IMG/VR virus record: IMGVR_UViG_3300037722_000155
Span: 1-41,350 of that record
Strand: one strand, 5' to 3'
Length of the DNA stretch: 41,350 nucleotides
DNA from: a virus
Lineage: Duplodnaviria > Caudoviricetes
Program-made: the position numbers and the translations under genes
Part shown: in pieces, positions 27,391 to 36,847 of the stretch
How positions within the stretch are numbered: the first letter of the stretch is position 1
How the letters are laid out: every line of letters starts with the position of its first letter
Notes under the pieces: model-generated
What the model was told of the DNA's origin: nothing
Databases searched by the model: none
What the model saw: only the letters and a program-made list of their open reading frames with translations

Positions 27391-28758
27391 TTATTTCTCC
27401 GTAATTTTTTCTAAGAGTCCGTCTTGAAATTCTTCTTTGTCGTTCAGAGTTTTCACCACATCCTCATCCTTTGTCCCCCTAGCAATGATCCTATAGACAA
27501 AAACTGACTCTTCTTTTTGCCCTTGACGATAGATTCTGGCGATGGCTTGTTCGTAGTGTTCATAGTTCCACGTTAGTCCGAACCAAATGATGTGATTACA
27601 GGCCTCTTGTAGATTTAGTCCGTGGGCCATGCTTCCAGGCTGGCAGAACATTACAGGGATTTCTCCTCGATTAAAGGATTGAATGTACTGATCTGCTGTT
27701 CTAGCGTCTGTACCAGCTCCAATAACAGGGGTATCGCTGCCGTAGCGTTGTAGAAGTCTCTGGAGGTCATGATTAAATTCGTACATGACAAGGGTTGGTG
27801 CTCCCTGAAGCTCCGCAAGGAGTGAATCAAGTGCTTCAAGTTTTGCATTATGTAGAGGTTTCCAGTTATGGGCCGAATCTGTATACAGTGCTCCATTTGC
27901 AACTTGTCGTAGCTTTCCTCCAGCGACTGCTGCGTTTGCTGCGATGATAACGTCTTCTCCCCATTCTGCGAGGAACTCATCATCTAACTCCTTATAAAAT
28001 TCCCAAATCTTGGGGGGCATATCCACATAGATGTCTGTAGGGGGAGGAAGCTTCGGCATTCTGAGCCAATCCTCCGCCTTAAGTCTTATCAGTAGAGGGT
28101 CTATTCGGTCGAGTATTCGGTCAAATGACCCTTCCTTTAGCATGTAGTCATACTCCCTCCAAGCCAGTGTGTAGAAAAATTCATTTCGGTAGTGGGTAAT
28201 GAATCTTCCTAATGCCCTTCCTAGGTCTAGTATGAATGTTTGGCCGAATAAATCCAGCGCGCCGTTCGGTACGGGAGTTCCTGTGAGAATCCATCTCCTC
28301 CGAAACCGGGGGAAGTGATGTCTCATCAGTTTGAATCTCGCTGTTTGCGAGTCTTTGAACATCGTACTCTCGTCTACGCATAGAATATCCCACTCCCGCC
28401 ATCTTCTGGCTTTCGGATCATACAGCCATCTTAGGCCGTCAGGATTGATGATATGGATGTCAACGTCCATATCAAGGTGTTCTTGTTTCTTAGTGTCATG
28501 AATTACCGCGTAGGTGAGATCATGGAAGTTAGACCACTTCTCAATCTCACGAGGCCACACGGAATAGCATACCCTCAGCGGGGCCACGACCAACATCCTC
28601 TTAACGAGCCCTTTATCCTTTAGTATCTTGAAGGCGGCTAAGACTGTGGAAGTTTTCCCAAGACCGGGGTCGAAGAACAGGCCCGCCGAAGCTTGAGAGA
28701 GCATTAAGCGGATAGAGTTCTCTTGATAGTGATGTGGGGTCCAAATCCCAGAAGACAT
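27391..28758 (-). CDS. SNF2-family helicase
   Basis: DPGLGKT, CVDES, LTGTP, HGLNLQ, QAIARIYRQGQ. Confidence 0.92.
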   Translation of the reverse strand: MSSGIWTPHHYQENSIRLMLSQASAGLFFDPGLGKTSTVLAAFKILKDKGLVKRMLVVAPLRVCYSVWPREIEKWSNFHDLTYAVIHDTKKQEHLDMDVDIHIINPDGLRWLYDPKARRWREWDILCVDESTMFKDSQTARFKLMRHHFPRFRRRWILTGTPVPNGALDLFGQTFILDLGRALGRFITHYRNEFFYTLAWREYDYMLKEGSFDRILDRIDPLLIRLKAEDWLRMPKLPPPTDIYVDMPPKIWEFYKELDDEFLAEWGEDVIIAANAAVAGGKLRQVANGALYTDSAHNWKPLHNAKLEALDSLLAELQGAPTLVMYEFNHDLQRLLQRYGSDTPVIGAGTDARTADQYIQSFNRGEIPVMFCQPGSMAHGLNLQEACNHIIWFGLTWNYEHYEQAIARIYRQGQKEESVFVYRIIARGTKDEDVVKTLNDKEEFQDGLLEKITEK

Positions 28759-29023
28759 CTAAAATCCTCTTTATTTCTATTTCGTTATCAGACCAGAAAG
28801 CTGGTACGAATCGTGATTGTAGCAGTCCTAACCGGAAAAGCTGAAGTTTCTTAGGCTTCTCTCTTTCTTTCTTACACTCAATGTAGACGTGTAGTCCCCA
28901 ACGATTAATGAATACTCGGTCAGGGAATCCGTTAGACTTAGCGGGAGAGATCTTAAAGCTGACATACCCGTGGGTCGCAGAGTACTCTGTGGCGGTTTGC
29001 TCAATTGAATTCTCTAACTTCAA
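28613..29023 (-). CDS. VRR-NUC nuclease
   Basis: LENSIE...GFPDR...YIECK...LQ; TTG start coupled to the upstream stop. Confidence 0.8.
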   Translation of the reverse strand: MKLENSIEQTATEYSATHGYVSFKISPAKSNGFPDRVFINRWGLHVYIECKKEREKPKKLQLFRLGLLQSRFVPAFWSDNEIEIKRILDVFWDLDPTSLSRELYPLNALSSFGGPVLRPRSWENFHSLSRLQDTKG

Positions 29024-29700
29024 AATGAACAAGGTCCTCCATTGTGCTTGCTGAATTTGCACCAACGACAAGAGAACGAAGGGTTGGCTGGGAAGTACTC
29101 ATCCCTCTCAATCATTTCTATCTTGTCCTTCACCAGAAGAGCAATCATATCCCCCAACATCCCTCGGTAGTAGTCAGTAGATGCTATCTTCACTAAGTCC
29201 ACGTAGATATTAGTGACACGGATATGCTCTATATCTGGGACGTTTATAAGAGCGAGTATCCCATAGAAAGCTCTTTGAGCAACGTGGTCCTGGTAGATCT
29301 TCCCAGTCTTATGGTCATAGACTGTAGGGATGTCATTGATCTCAGGCTTCGGCCTAATACGGAGATCAATGATACCTCGAATATAGACATCTGGGTCATC
29401 ATAGTCACATGGCTCAAACTCACGAGTGGCCCCCATCTTCTCCTCGGGGAAGCACTCAAAATTAGCCCGAAGTCCCATAAAGAACTGACCATAGGTCTTG
29501 TGTATGTCCGGATGAAGCTGCTCTGTCTCTCCAAGAATATAGTCCTCAATGGTTTTATGGATCTCTGTCCCTCTCTCCATCGCTGGGGAGGGAAGGGAAT
29601 CAACCTGAACCATATCTATGTAGGAGAATTTGAACTTTAACGGACACTGACTATACGTCGCTATCCTGCTGTATGAGTAAGGCCCGTAGAAATTACTCAC
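29020..29700 (-). CDS. PD-(D/E)XK (Cas4/RecB-like) exonuclease
   Basis: SYSRI...CP, RGTEIH, GIIDL, DHKTG, CRWC..C. Confidence 0.88.
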   Translation of the reverse strand: MSNFYGPYSYSRIATYSQCPLKFKFSYIDMVQVDSLPSPAMERGTEIHKTIEDYILGETEQLHPDIHKTYGQFFMGLRANFECFPEEKMGATREFEPCDYDDPDVYIRGIIDLRIRPKPEINDIPTVYDHKTGKIYQDHVAQRAFYGILALINVPDIEHIRVTNIYVDLVKIASTDYYRGMLGDMIALLVKDKIEMIERDEYFPANPSFSCRWCKFSKHNGGPCSF

Positions 29701-29924
29701 GAATCCAATGCCTCGCCCACAGTAATCCCCTTCATGCCTAGAGCACCTTCAGCTCTCCTAAGACGGAGATGTAGGTTCTCCAACATCATACTGACACATA
29801 AAAAAGGATGCGCCACCATGACTTCTTCGTCTATATAGAGCCCCATATCCTCAGCTATACCCCGAGCCTTGTCTCTTATGAATTGCTCAAGCTGTTTTGG
29901 ATCAGTAGGAATATTCGTGCTCAC
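29697..29924 (-). CDS. Hypothetical protein
   Basis: Coupled ORF. Confidence 0.6.
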   Translation of the reverse strand: MSTNIPTDPKQLEQFIRDKARGIAEDMGLYIDEEVMVAHPFLCVSMMLENLHLRLRRAEGALGMKGITVGEALDS

Positions 29925-31701
29925 GTTTAATCTCCTTTAGTGAACCCCATGTTTCCCCTACGAAACCTTCCGATCTCATAGGTACGTCAAATAACTCTTG
30001 GTCCATGGCATGACGAAGCTGAGTCATTTCGTATTGCCAGCTTTCTGCGGGAGCAGAAGCATTGATTTCATCATGCACAGTCGCCATGAACACAGCGTCC
30101 TGCTTGTACTCCTCCCACCAGTCATTTATGACTTCCTTAGTTTGATCTGCCGCACTTCCTTGGATTAGATAATTCAGCAGCTTGTACTCAAAGCTTCTAA
30201 AGACCCCATTCACCGGCTTCCCCTTCTCGGCGTAGTATGGTCTGCCTCCCCATGTGGTTATGTGCCCACCAGACTTACCTCGAAGCCGTGTAGCAGCCGC
30301 GAGGCTATCAACCCCCGGCATAGCCTTAAGGTATGCAGTCCGTATTTCGAAGGCCTCTGAGCGGCTTCTGCCAAGTTGTAGAGCAAGCCCCGGTGCGCCC
30401 GCGCCATAGATAATGCTGAAGCCGGTTATCTTTACGTCTTTACGATCATAAAGAATACCGATCATCACATTAATCATCTGTCTAGCTTGCTCATGTGGGT
30501 CGAAGAAGGGGTCGGAGCGATAAGCCTCCATAAGAGTCCCATCTTCAAAGTGAGCAAGAATACGGATTTCCTGAGAACTAAAGTCTCGCTTAATCCATAG
30601 ATGCCCTTCCTCCGGCAAGAGGTAATCCCTCATATTCGGTAGGGGAGGAAGTCCTTGTGGTATGTCGTGCTTGAACACGTTCGGAATATTTTGGAAGTTG
30701 GGGCGGGAAGAGGACAGCCTCCCCGTCCTAGTTCCGCTGTGCCCATGCTCATCATTCGCTACTTGATTCCATGAAGTATGGATTCTTCCATCCTCCTGGC
30801 TGAAACCCTCCCATGGAGTCATGAAAGTGCCCAGACAGGTGGACATTGTAGAACGATAAACTAAAAGGCTGAGTAAGGAGGGGTCACGAAGTCCTGCAAG
30901 GAGATTATCCTTAGACGTGGACTTGCGACCTTTCGGCGTATATCTCCAAGTATGGACAGCGTCCGCCTTTTCAAGCGCATCTGCCAGTTGGATGCCGGAA
31001 TCGATGTTGAAGGGCTCAGCATCAAGTGCAGTGAAGATTCTTGTATCGGCATCCGATAGTGCCCGACCACAAACTTCAATGTCACTCTGTAATCGCCCAC
31101 GGTCAACACGTATTCCGATCTGGCTACTTTCTGTAAGCTTGGGAGCGAGCCTTCTTTCTCTATCATAAGGTTCACTAGGGACTGAAGGATGCAGGTGGTC
31201 AAATAGTTGTCTGGTACGTAGAACGTCACCCTTGGCGTACTTCGCCACCAAAGGGACCGGAGCGCGACATATATAAGCTCCTGCTGTCTTCGGGGTAGCT
31301 TCAGCAACGTTCGCAAGTATCCAGGCATGGAGTTCATCTTGTTCCTCCGGTGGGAAATCAAGGTACCTGTCCGCTAGATCTTTAAGATGTAGGGAAGGAG
31401 AATATGGGTCAGCGATAAAAGACAAAAACAGAGTATCATGCACACGAGTCCAGTTAGGAGTCGGGACACTAAACCATCTCGTTGCGACAGGAATATCAAA
31501 GCCCCACCCGTTATGAAATAGAAGACTATAACGAGTATCCCCAAAATAGACTGAAAGAAATTCAGCCATTCTGTCCCAGTCTGTGACATAGGTAGGCTCC
31601 TGACCATCAAGGTAGATGGCGAGACCGACCGGTCTGGGCGGTCTCGCCATCGGGTTCCCGTCAATGGCCTCCGTTTCGAAGTCCAATGTGACGAGTGACA
31701 T
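29902..31701 (-). CDS. polA: Family A DNA polymerase with 3'-5' exonuclease
   Basis: DFET/HN..FD/YAKGD exo motifs; TGRLSS, DFSSQEIR, RxxxKxxxFxxxYG, IQGSAAD, VHDE. Confidence 0.95.
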   Translation of the reverse strand: MSLVTLDFETEAIDGNPMARPPRPVGLAIYLDGQEPTYVTDWDRMAEFLSVYFGDTRYSLLFHNGWGFDIPVATRWFSVPTPNWTRVHDTLFLSFIADPYSPSLHLKDLADRYLDFPPEEQDELHAWILANVAEATPKTAGAYICRAPVPLVAKYAKGDVLRTRQLFDHLHPSVPSEPYDRERRLAPKLTESSQIGIRVDRGRLQSDIEVCGRALSDADTRIFTALDAEPFNIDSGIQLADALEKADAVHTWRYTPKGRKSTSKDNLLAGLRDPSLLSLLVYRSTMSTCLGTFMTPWEGFSQEDGRIHTSWNQVANDEHGHSGTRTGRLSSSRPNFQNIPNVFKHDIPQGLPPLPNMRDYLLPEEGHLWIKRDFSSQEIRILAHFEDGTLMEAYRSDPFFDPHEQARQMINVMIGILYDRKDVKITGFSIIYGAGAPGLALQLGRSRSEAFEIRTAYLKAMPGVDSLAAATRLRGKSGGHITTWGGRPYYAEKGKPVNGVFRSFEYKLLNYLIQGSAADQTKEVINDWWEEYKQDAVFMATVHDEINASAPAESWQYEMTQLRHAMDQELFDVPMRSEGFVGETWGSLKEIKREHEYSY

Positions 31702-32432
31702 CAGTATTTCTTTTTCTTATTGTCTTCCTTGGCTTCTTCCCGTTCTTCCGGCGGGGTAAGATCGTAGGGCTGACACAGAGTGGTCAGTGCCATGTCAATT
31801 TTCCCAGCAATGTGACTGAGAGCCTCATCGGGAAGTTTACTGATGGGTTCAAAGAACACCTGGAACTGAAACTTTGGGTGTGGCTTCACGTAGATCTTAG
31901 TGATCATCCCCCACGGTGCTCGTAAATGAGCTGAAGCAAGGACGTTCACATAGGTACCGAAGTTTTTCACAGATGTGACGGGGATGGATAGCAGAGCCAG
32001 TTCCGCATTCGCATACTCTGCTGGATTATCCAGGGCAGGCATCAAGGCCAGCTTACGACGCTGACCACAAGCCTTCCCCTTTCCCCTCTTAGCAGATCCG
32101 AATTTGTCAGCCCAACAACCATCACACGAAGCATTCTGAGGCTCCACAATGTCGCCATGAGGTACCATGTTGACCCCGTCTGTTGATTGGGCATAGCAGG
32201 TCGGGGGGTACTGGACATCAGGATCAAAGTCCTGTTCGTAGTATGCCCTCTCGTGGATATGGGCGATAATCACAGCCTCCATTTGATTATCCTTATAGGG
32301 CTGGTCCTGATATGATAAGATACCAGAACGAAGGCTGATTCGGCTTAGAGCTGGACGCTCATGCTTAGCGATATCTTTGGCGTCTTGTGCTAATCGATCT
32401 TCCCAATTAACAACTTCTTTTGACTCAGACAT
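31701..32432 (-). CDS. Putative ssDNA-binding/replication protein
   Basis: Upstream of the polymerase; C..C...FGS...GKAC motif; charged tail. Confidence 0.6.
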   Translation of the reverse strand: MSESKEVVNWEDRLAQDAKDIAKHERPALSRISLRSGILSYQDQPYKDNQMEAVIIAHIHERAYYEQDFDPDVQYPPTCYAQSTDGVNMVPHGDIVEPQNASCDGCWADKFGSAKRGKGKACGQRRKLALMPALDNPAEYANAELALLSIPVTSVKNFGTYVNVLASAHLRAPWGMITKIYVKPHPKFQFQVFFEPISKLPDEALSHIAGKIDMALTTLCQPYDLTPPEEREEAKEDNKKKKY

Positions 32433-32467
32433 TACACAACTCCATGGTGAGGTAACAACGCATCAAC

Positions 32468-32497
32468 AGTATAACATAATAATGTAATGTCGTGCTA
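32468..32497 (-). promoter_or_regulatory. Sigma70-type promoter for the replication operon
   Basis: TAGCAC-18-TATACT with TGn extension. Confidence 0.6.
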
Positions 32498-33133
32498 GTG
32501 AAAAATGTTCGGGTCAGGCAACTCCATGGCTTCTCGAGTGAAGTCCAGCCCATACTTTTCATAGACAGGAAATAGATCTGAGAAATCCCCTACGACAAAT
32601 TTAGAGGGTTGGACCCAAGTATGATCCACAACTTTCGCTAGTTCTTCTTGCTTATCTATATAGAACTGAGCATAGTCCTCCCAACGACCTGTTGGTCCTG
32701 GGTCTTTCATAAATGGTGCTCGTTCCAACGAATCGACTACCTTCTCAAGCGGCCTATCTGTAAAGACCCAATGAGCGTTGGGAAATGCTTTCTGGTAGAC
32801 TTGCCAGATTAAAAGAGCTTTTGAGTTCTTGTAGACCCAAGGCTGGTCTATCCAACCTTCCCTACGAATAATGCGAAATACGTTCTCTCTTAAGAAAGGC
32901 TCCGGCTGTAGCTTATCCGTTCTTAAGTCCCCTTGGCCGAGTTTGCTAAGACCTCTACGACTAAGCAGAGGTTTACAAATCTTTTCTCGGAGAACAATGT
33001 GCTCGTAAAATCCCTTGGGATTATACTCAGTTCCTGGAACACATCTCCCGTACCACGCTCCAGACAAAGCAATGAGTCCAGTAGTTAGAGAAGTTCCGGA
33101 TCTTGGCGGTCCTGCGACTATAATTGGGTCCAC
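32495..33133 (-). CDS. Sulfotransferase-family (PAPS-binding P-loop) protein
   Basis: IIVAGPPRSGTS, NPKGFYE, WVYK, R...VVDSL. Confidence 0.8.
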   Translation of the reverse strand: MDPIIVAGPPRSGTSLTTGLIALSGAWYGRCVPGTEYNPKGFYEHIVLREKICKPLLSRRGLSKLGQGDLRTDKLQPEPFLRENVFRIIRREGWIDQPWVYKNSKALLIWQVYQKAFPNAHWVFTDRPLEKVVDSLERAPFMKDPGPTGRWEDYAQFYIDKQEELAKVVDHTWVQPSKFVVGDFSDLFPVYEKYGLDFTREAMELPDPNIFH

Positions 33134-33146
33134 GATCTTTCTTCCT

Positions 33147-33174
33147 AAAAAAGAGCCGTCAGTTAAGACGGCTC
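33147..33174 (-). terminator. Rho-independent terminator after the AAA ATPase
   Basis: GAGCCGTC/GACGGCTC stem plus T6. Confidence 0.8.
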
Positions 33175-33190
33175 AAAAGAGAACTAAGGC

Positions 33191-34645
33191 TTATCCCGCC
33201 GCTATTCCCTCAGACTCCGGTAGTGCAGGAACCTTTTTCGTAGTTTCGTAGCGTCCATTAAGGGATCCGCGTACCACCTTCGCCAATGCCCTGTCGAGCT
33301 CAGGCTCTGGGGCATCAACTTTAGGCTCCAGCAAGCTGAGTTGCTTGGTCATCGTCCTAGCTGCGATCATCAATGCCTCAGCAGAGAGGTTCGTAACGAT
33401 GCCCCCCGGCTCAGTCAGACTTAGTTCGGAAAGCTTTGCTCTCTTCACCACTTCCGCAAGTATCGCCGGGATGTGACCAGCCAGCTCCCCACCGACGCTG
33501 GACAGATCAGTACTCTCGTCAATAGCCTCAGCGCCGTAATGTCGAATGAGTCGTTCCGCCGCCTCAGCATCGGGTGCCGTGACTTCAATAACTGCATCCA
33601 GACGCCCCGGCCGAAGCATGGCGGGGTTGATATTCTCCAGGAAGTTAGTGGTGAATACCACTATGATGTTGCTGCTCTTCCCGTCAATACCATCCACAAT
33701 ATTCAGCAAGTCATCCATCCGGACTGACCGCTCCCCCCGCATGACTCGATCGATATCCTCGCAGAAGATGACACAGGCTTTGTCCGAGTACTGCCTGCCG
33801 AATTGAATGGCGTCCTTCAGCTCATCTGCACGGGGAACGTACAGATATGTGACTCCGTTCTTAACTGCGAGGTTTGCCGCGACCGCCGCTGCAAGCGTCT
33901 TTCCCGTACCATATTCACCGCCCAACAGGACGCCACGCTTCACGGGGATGCCGTTAGCGATACAATCCTCGGACCGAGTGATTGGTGTGAATAGATTGGT
34001 CTTTATCGCTGCTTCGAGGTCTTTGGCAAAGATGAGTTGATCAGGTGTGACGTCAGTACGTAGGAACTGTACTACGGGGATCGGAAGAAATTCCCCATCA
34101 TCATCCCTGAACCGCATTGAAATAGCTGCTCCGGAATAAATGCTCCCCTTACGCAGCTCTACGGCTACTTTCTCGAAGAGTTCCTCAACCAAGTCCTCAT
34201 CTTTCCTGCGCACAGACGCGGTGAGTCTGAATATGATTAACCCGTCTTTCCGCGTGTGCCCTGTCTGCATATATCCCGTTGTACCAGGAATGCCGAATTG
34301 ACCCCAAGGGACTTGCCTCGTCTTCTGATACGCGACCTCCACACCAATCATCTGCGGAGGAGTTTCTCCAAGGAAACCGGGAATGGGTCTATGCGGAACC
34401 CACCCGTAGTGCTCTTTCAGCACGGTTTGGAGCGCAAGAGCACCATCCCAGACAAAAGCATTGAAGTCACGTGTGATATCAATCTCCTGACTGAGATATT
34501 TCTTGCGGTCTTTGAGAAGAGTAATCGCGTCATCGATGTCCATGTCATCGGGAAGCATAAGCTGACCCCGATGATGGATTACCTCTGCACGATGCACTTT
34601 CTCAGCTAAGTCCCCAAGGGACTTTTGGTTTTCACTCACTATCAT
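33191..34645 (-). CDS. AAA+ ATPase (classic AAA clade)
   Basis: GEYGTGKT, IFCEDID, TTN...PAMLRPGRLD. Confidence 0.92.
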   Translation of the reverse strand: MIVSENQKSLGDLAEKVHRAEVIHHRGQLMLPDDMDIDDAITLLKDRKKYLSQEIDITRDFNAFVWDGALALQTVLKEHYGWVPHRPIPGFLGETPPQMIGVEVAYQKTRQVPWGQFGIPGTTGYMQTGHTRKDGLIIFRLTASVRRKDEDLVEELFEKVAVELRKGSIYSGAAISMRFRDDDGEFLPIPVVQFLRTDVTPDQLIFAKDLEAAIKTNLFTPITRSEDCIANGIPVKRGVLLGGEYGTGKTLAAAVAANLAVKNGVTYLYVPRADELKDAIQFGRQYSDKACVIFCEDIDRVMRGERSVRMDDLLNIVDGIDGKSSNIIVVFTTNFLENINPAMLRPGRLDAVIEVTAPDAEAAERLIRHYGAEAIDESTDLSSVGGELAGHIPAILAEVVKRAKLSELSLTEPGGIVTNLSAEALMIAARTMTKQLSLLEPKVDAPEPELDRALAKVVRGSLNGRYETTKKVPALPESEGIAAG

Positions 34646-34674
34646 TCTCCTTTTGATGTTGTGGGCGGTGAAAA

Positions 34675-35178
34675 CTAATGGTGTTTTGGATTCTTGAATA
34701 CTTCATCCAACCGCTTAATGACTTCATCCATCATTTCGTCAGTGGAGGCTAGTGAAGGATCCCCTATGGCAGCGGAAGCTAGTTCGGTGGCTTTGAGCAC
34801 TTGCTCCCTAACTTTCTCGGCTTCTGCCTGAAGCTCTGGGGGGAATTGGGTGGCGTACTCGTGCTTGAATACGATTCCCTGTATGATCAGGTTCATACGT
34901 AAGGAATTCTCAAAGGTTTTGAGACCGCTTAGGACGGTCTCTCTCAGCCACTCGCTCAGAGACTCTTTAACCCCGCAATCCTCTTCGCAGTCCCTATGGT
35001 CGTTTAGCTGTTCAATAGCGAATAGGGTCATTGCCTGACTCGTCATAGCAGACAGTAGCTCGCAAATCCGACCCTGTTGCTCTAGTGGCAACCCTTTGAA
35101 AGTCTGTATTGCGATCGCAATAAGCTCCCCCTCGAAACCTAACTTAGTAATGACCCCTGCGTCCAAACGTATCGTCAT
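34675..35178 (-). CDS. Hypothetical protein
   Basis: ORF packing. Confidence 0.7.
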   Translation of the reverse strand: MTIRLDAGVITKLGFEGELIAIAIQTFKGLPLEQQGRICELLSAMTSQAMTLFAIEQLNDHRDCEEDCGVKESLSEWLRETVLSGLKTFENSLRMNLIIQGIVFKHEYATQFPPELQAEAEKVREQVLKATELASAAIGDPSLASTDEMMDEVIKRLDEVFKNPKHH

Positions 35179-35179
35179 C

Positions 35180-35371
35180 CTAGTGTCCTTCTACTAATGC
35201 CTCATTGAAGCTTTGAATTTCCCCAATTACGAAGTCATCGCTGCCAGTCACCTCTTTAAGAATGTCAAGGTGCTTTTCCGCGGAGTTCTCCATAAAAGCC
35301 TGACGGCTCGGGGTCCCAATAACCCGCTTTCCATCGCGGGAAATAATTAAGAATCGCTGCAACTTGTTCAT
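35180..35371 (-). CDS. Hypothetical protein
   Basis: ATGA coupling. Confidence 0.6.
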   Translation of the reverse strand: MNKLQRFLIISRDGKRVIGTPSRQAFMENSAEKHLDILKEVTGSDDFVIGEIQSFNEALVEGH

Positions 35372-35460
35372 AAGATCACCAGCAACACGATCGCGATGAC
35401 TAGACCAACCAGGAAGAGCCTATCAGCTCCTACGTTCCAGTTTGTATCCTTGTCTTTCAT
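35368..35460 (-). CDS. 30-aa membrane peptide (not in ORF track)
   Basis: MKDKDTNW...LFLVGLVIAIVLLVIL; first ORF after the promoter; ATGA overlap. Confidence 0.5.
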   Translation of the reverse strand: MKDKDTNWNVGADRLFLVGLVIAIVLLVIL

Positions 35461-35480
35461 AGTTACGATCCTAGGATGTT

Positions 35481-35587
35481 ATCACACTAAGTACATTATT
35501 ACATAGCACCACCGGAACCACAATGGGAATAGAGTAAAGAGTTATGTAGTTCCCCCCGCACGTATGTAATAATATAAAAGGTGTGAT
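35481..35587. promoter_or_regulatory. Divergent promoters, each with TATGTAATAAT-N7-GTGTGAT
   Basis: - copy 35481-35505 (TTGTGG-17-AATAAT); + copy 35563-35587. Confidence 0.7.
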
Positions 35588-35608
35588 AAGGTCATATAGG
35601 AGGCCAAT

Positions 35609-35773
35609 ATGAGTAAGCAAGAAGCTAGACCGGAAATGACGCCGGAAGTATGGGATGCACTGATTATTCTGTGTCATAACGTCAATTTTTCCGGCAATTC
35701 CATGGGTGTTGTAGAGGCTGCCATCAATTTAGTTCGTATAGTTGAAGAGGAGTACGAAGATGTCTCTACATAG
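35609..35773 (+). CDS. Hypothetical 54-aa protein (not in ORF track)
   Basis: AGGAGG RBS; MSKQEARPEM...EDVST. Confidence 0.65.
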   Translation: MSKQEARPEMTPEVWDALIILCHNVNFSGNSMGVVEAAINLVRIVEEEYEDVST

Positions 35774-36119
35774 AAATCTAAACTTAGAAGCAACCATGGA
35801 ATCTACAATGAATGATCTTGGTGTCCCCACCCACATTCGACAAGGACTTATCTGGTACATTCTGTACGGAATTCCCCCTGGTGGTTTCCTACAGGCAGTC
35901 ATCCAAAACGATCTTAAGATGTCTTTTGCGAAAGCAGATCACATTAACCAATCGCGAATGTTCAACATTGTGAATTGGATGTACAATAACGCTCCGCATA
36001 CTTGCTGGGGAAGTTCGGAAGCCTTCAAGGAGTGGATTGAACATCGCGGTATTTTAGGAACTATTGAAGGAGACTTTGAGCATGAACGCACCGATACTCA
36101 TCCTGACGCTGATTCTTGA
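35760..36119 (+). CDS. Conserved phage hypothetical protein
   Basis: GIPPGGFLQAVIQNDL...AD..N...P..CWGS motif. Confidence 0.75.
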   Translation: MSLHRNLNLEATMESTMNDLGVPTHIRQGLIWYILYGIPPGGFLQAVIQNDLKMSFAKADHINQSRMFNIVNWMYNNAPHTCWGSSEAFKEWIEHRGILGTIEGDFEHERTDTHPDADS

Positions 36120-36258
36120 TGCTGCCTTCCTTGTCATTATCGCAATGCGGGCAGACGAAGCTGAGACATTCAGACAAATGAAAAGGAGATACCCCTATGT
36201 CTGGGAAAACACAACCGAAGAAGAAATCCGCCGGGCGCTGTATAACAGAAGGATGTGA
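36082..36258 (+). CDS. Small membrane protein
   Basis: AAGGAG RBS; N-terminal TM. Confidence 0.55.
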   Translation: MNAPILILTLILDAAFLVIIAMRADEAETFRQMKRRYPYVWENTTEEEIRRALYNRRM

Positions 36259-36424
36259 CAAACCTATTCACTGTCTAGGTTTGTGTCTAAACTGTTATCA
36301 GTTTGATCGGTATTGGACCAAGTTTAAGAATGCGGCTGAGCGCCGCAAACGGATGAAGGATCTTGAGCTGTACCAAACTAGGATGGAGGCTATACAACCT
36401 CCAAAACTAAGGAGTGTGAAGTGA
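36197..36424 (+). CDS. Small Cys-rich (Zn-binding) protein
   Basis: C...GC...H..GLC..CY; AAGGAG RBS. Confidence 0.65.
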   Translation: MSGKTQPKKKSAGRCITEGCDKPIHCLGLCLNCYQFDRYWTKFKNAAERRKRMKDLELYQTRMEAIQPPKLRSVK

Positions 36425-36774
36425 CGATCTTATATTCCGATAAGCTCCTTGGTCTCTGGTATGCAGAGATTCCCCCGGGGAATATGTTCACCGCCTTGGA
36501 GACCACAGACACTGGGTTCCATTTAATCACAAGACTTAGGATCTATAAAGACGATAAAGTCTTTGATTCTGAGGATGAAAAGACTTGGTACGAAGTCTTT
36601 TGCGACACAAAAAGCTACGACGAGATGGTAGACAGCATTCGTAAGATGATGAGTGGAGCTCCTGGTGTTGGCAGAATTTACGAACTGCTGCGAGAAGACA
36701 AGACTGTGAACGAGTTCTTTGAAGAGTGGACCTCTCTGCCATTTATCCACAAGGAAGTACACAAAAGACACTGA
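36421..36774 (+). CDS. Hypothetical protein
   Basis: GTGA coupling; AAGGAG RBS. Confidence 0.7.
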   Translation: MTILYSDKLLGLWYAEIPPGNMFTALETTDTGFHLITRLRIYKDDKVFDSEDEKTWYEVFCDTKSYDEMVDSIRKMMSGAPGVGRIYELLREDKTVNEFFEEWTSLPFIHKEVHKRH

Positions 36775-36785
36775 ACACATCCTGC

Positions 36786-36814
36786 TTGCACTCCTACCCC
36801 TCTGACTATATAAT
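36786..36814 (+). promoter_or_regulatory. Sigma70-type promoter
   Basis: TTGCAC-17-TATAAT. Confidence 0.8.
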
Positions 36815-36847
36815 TACATAACTGATAGGGTACTAGGAGGTTCAATC

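Noticed and set aside
28613-28758. Long overlaps (VRR-NUC/helicase, HD tail) as a sign of an alternative genetic code
   Set aside because: All core genes are intact under the standard code and use TAA, TAG and TGA as stops
29020-29700. Cas4 as part of a CRISPR system
   Set aside because: An ordinary phage replication-module exonuclease; no cas genes or array
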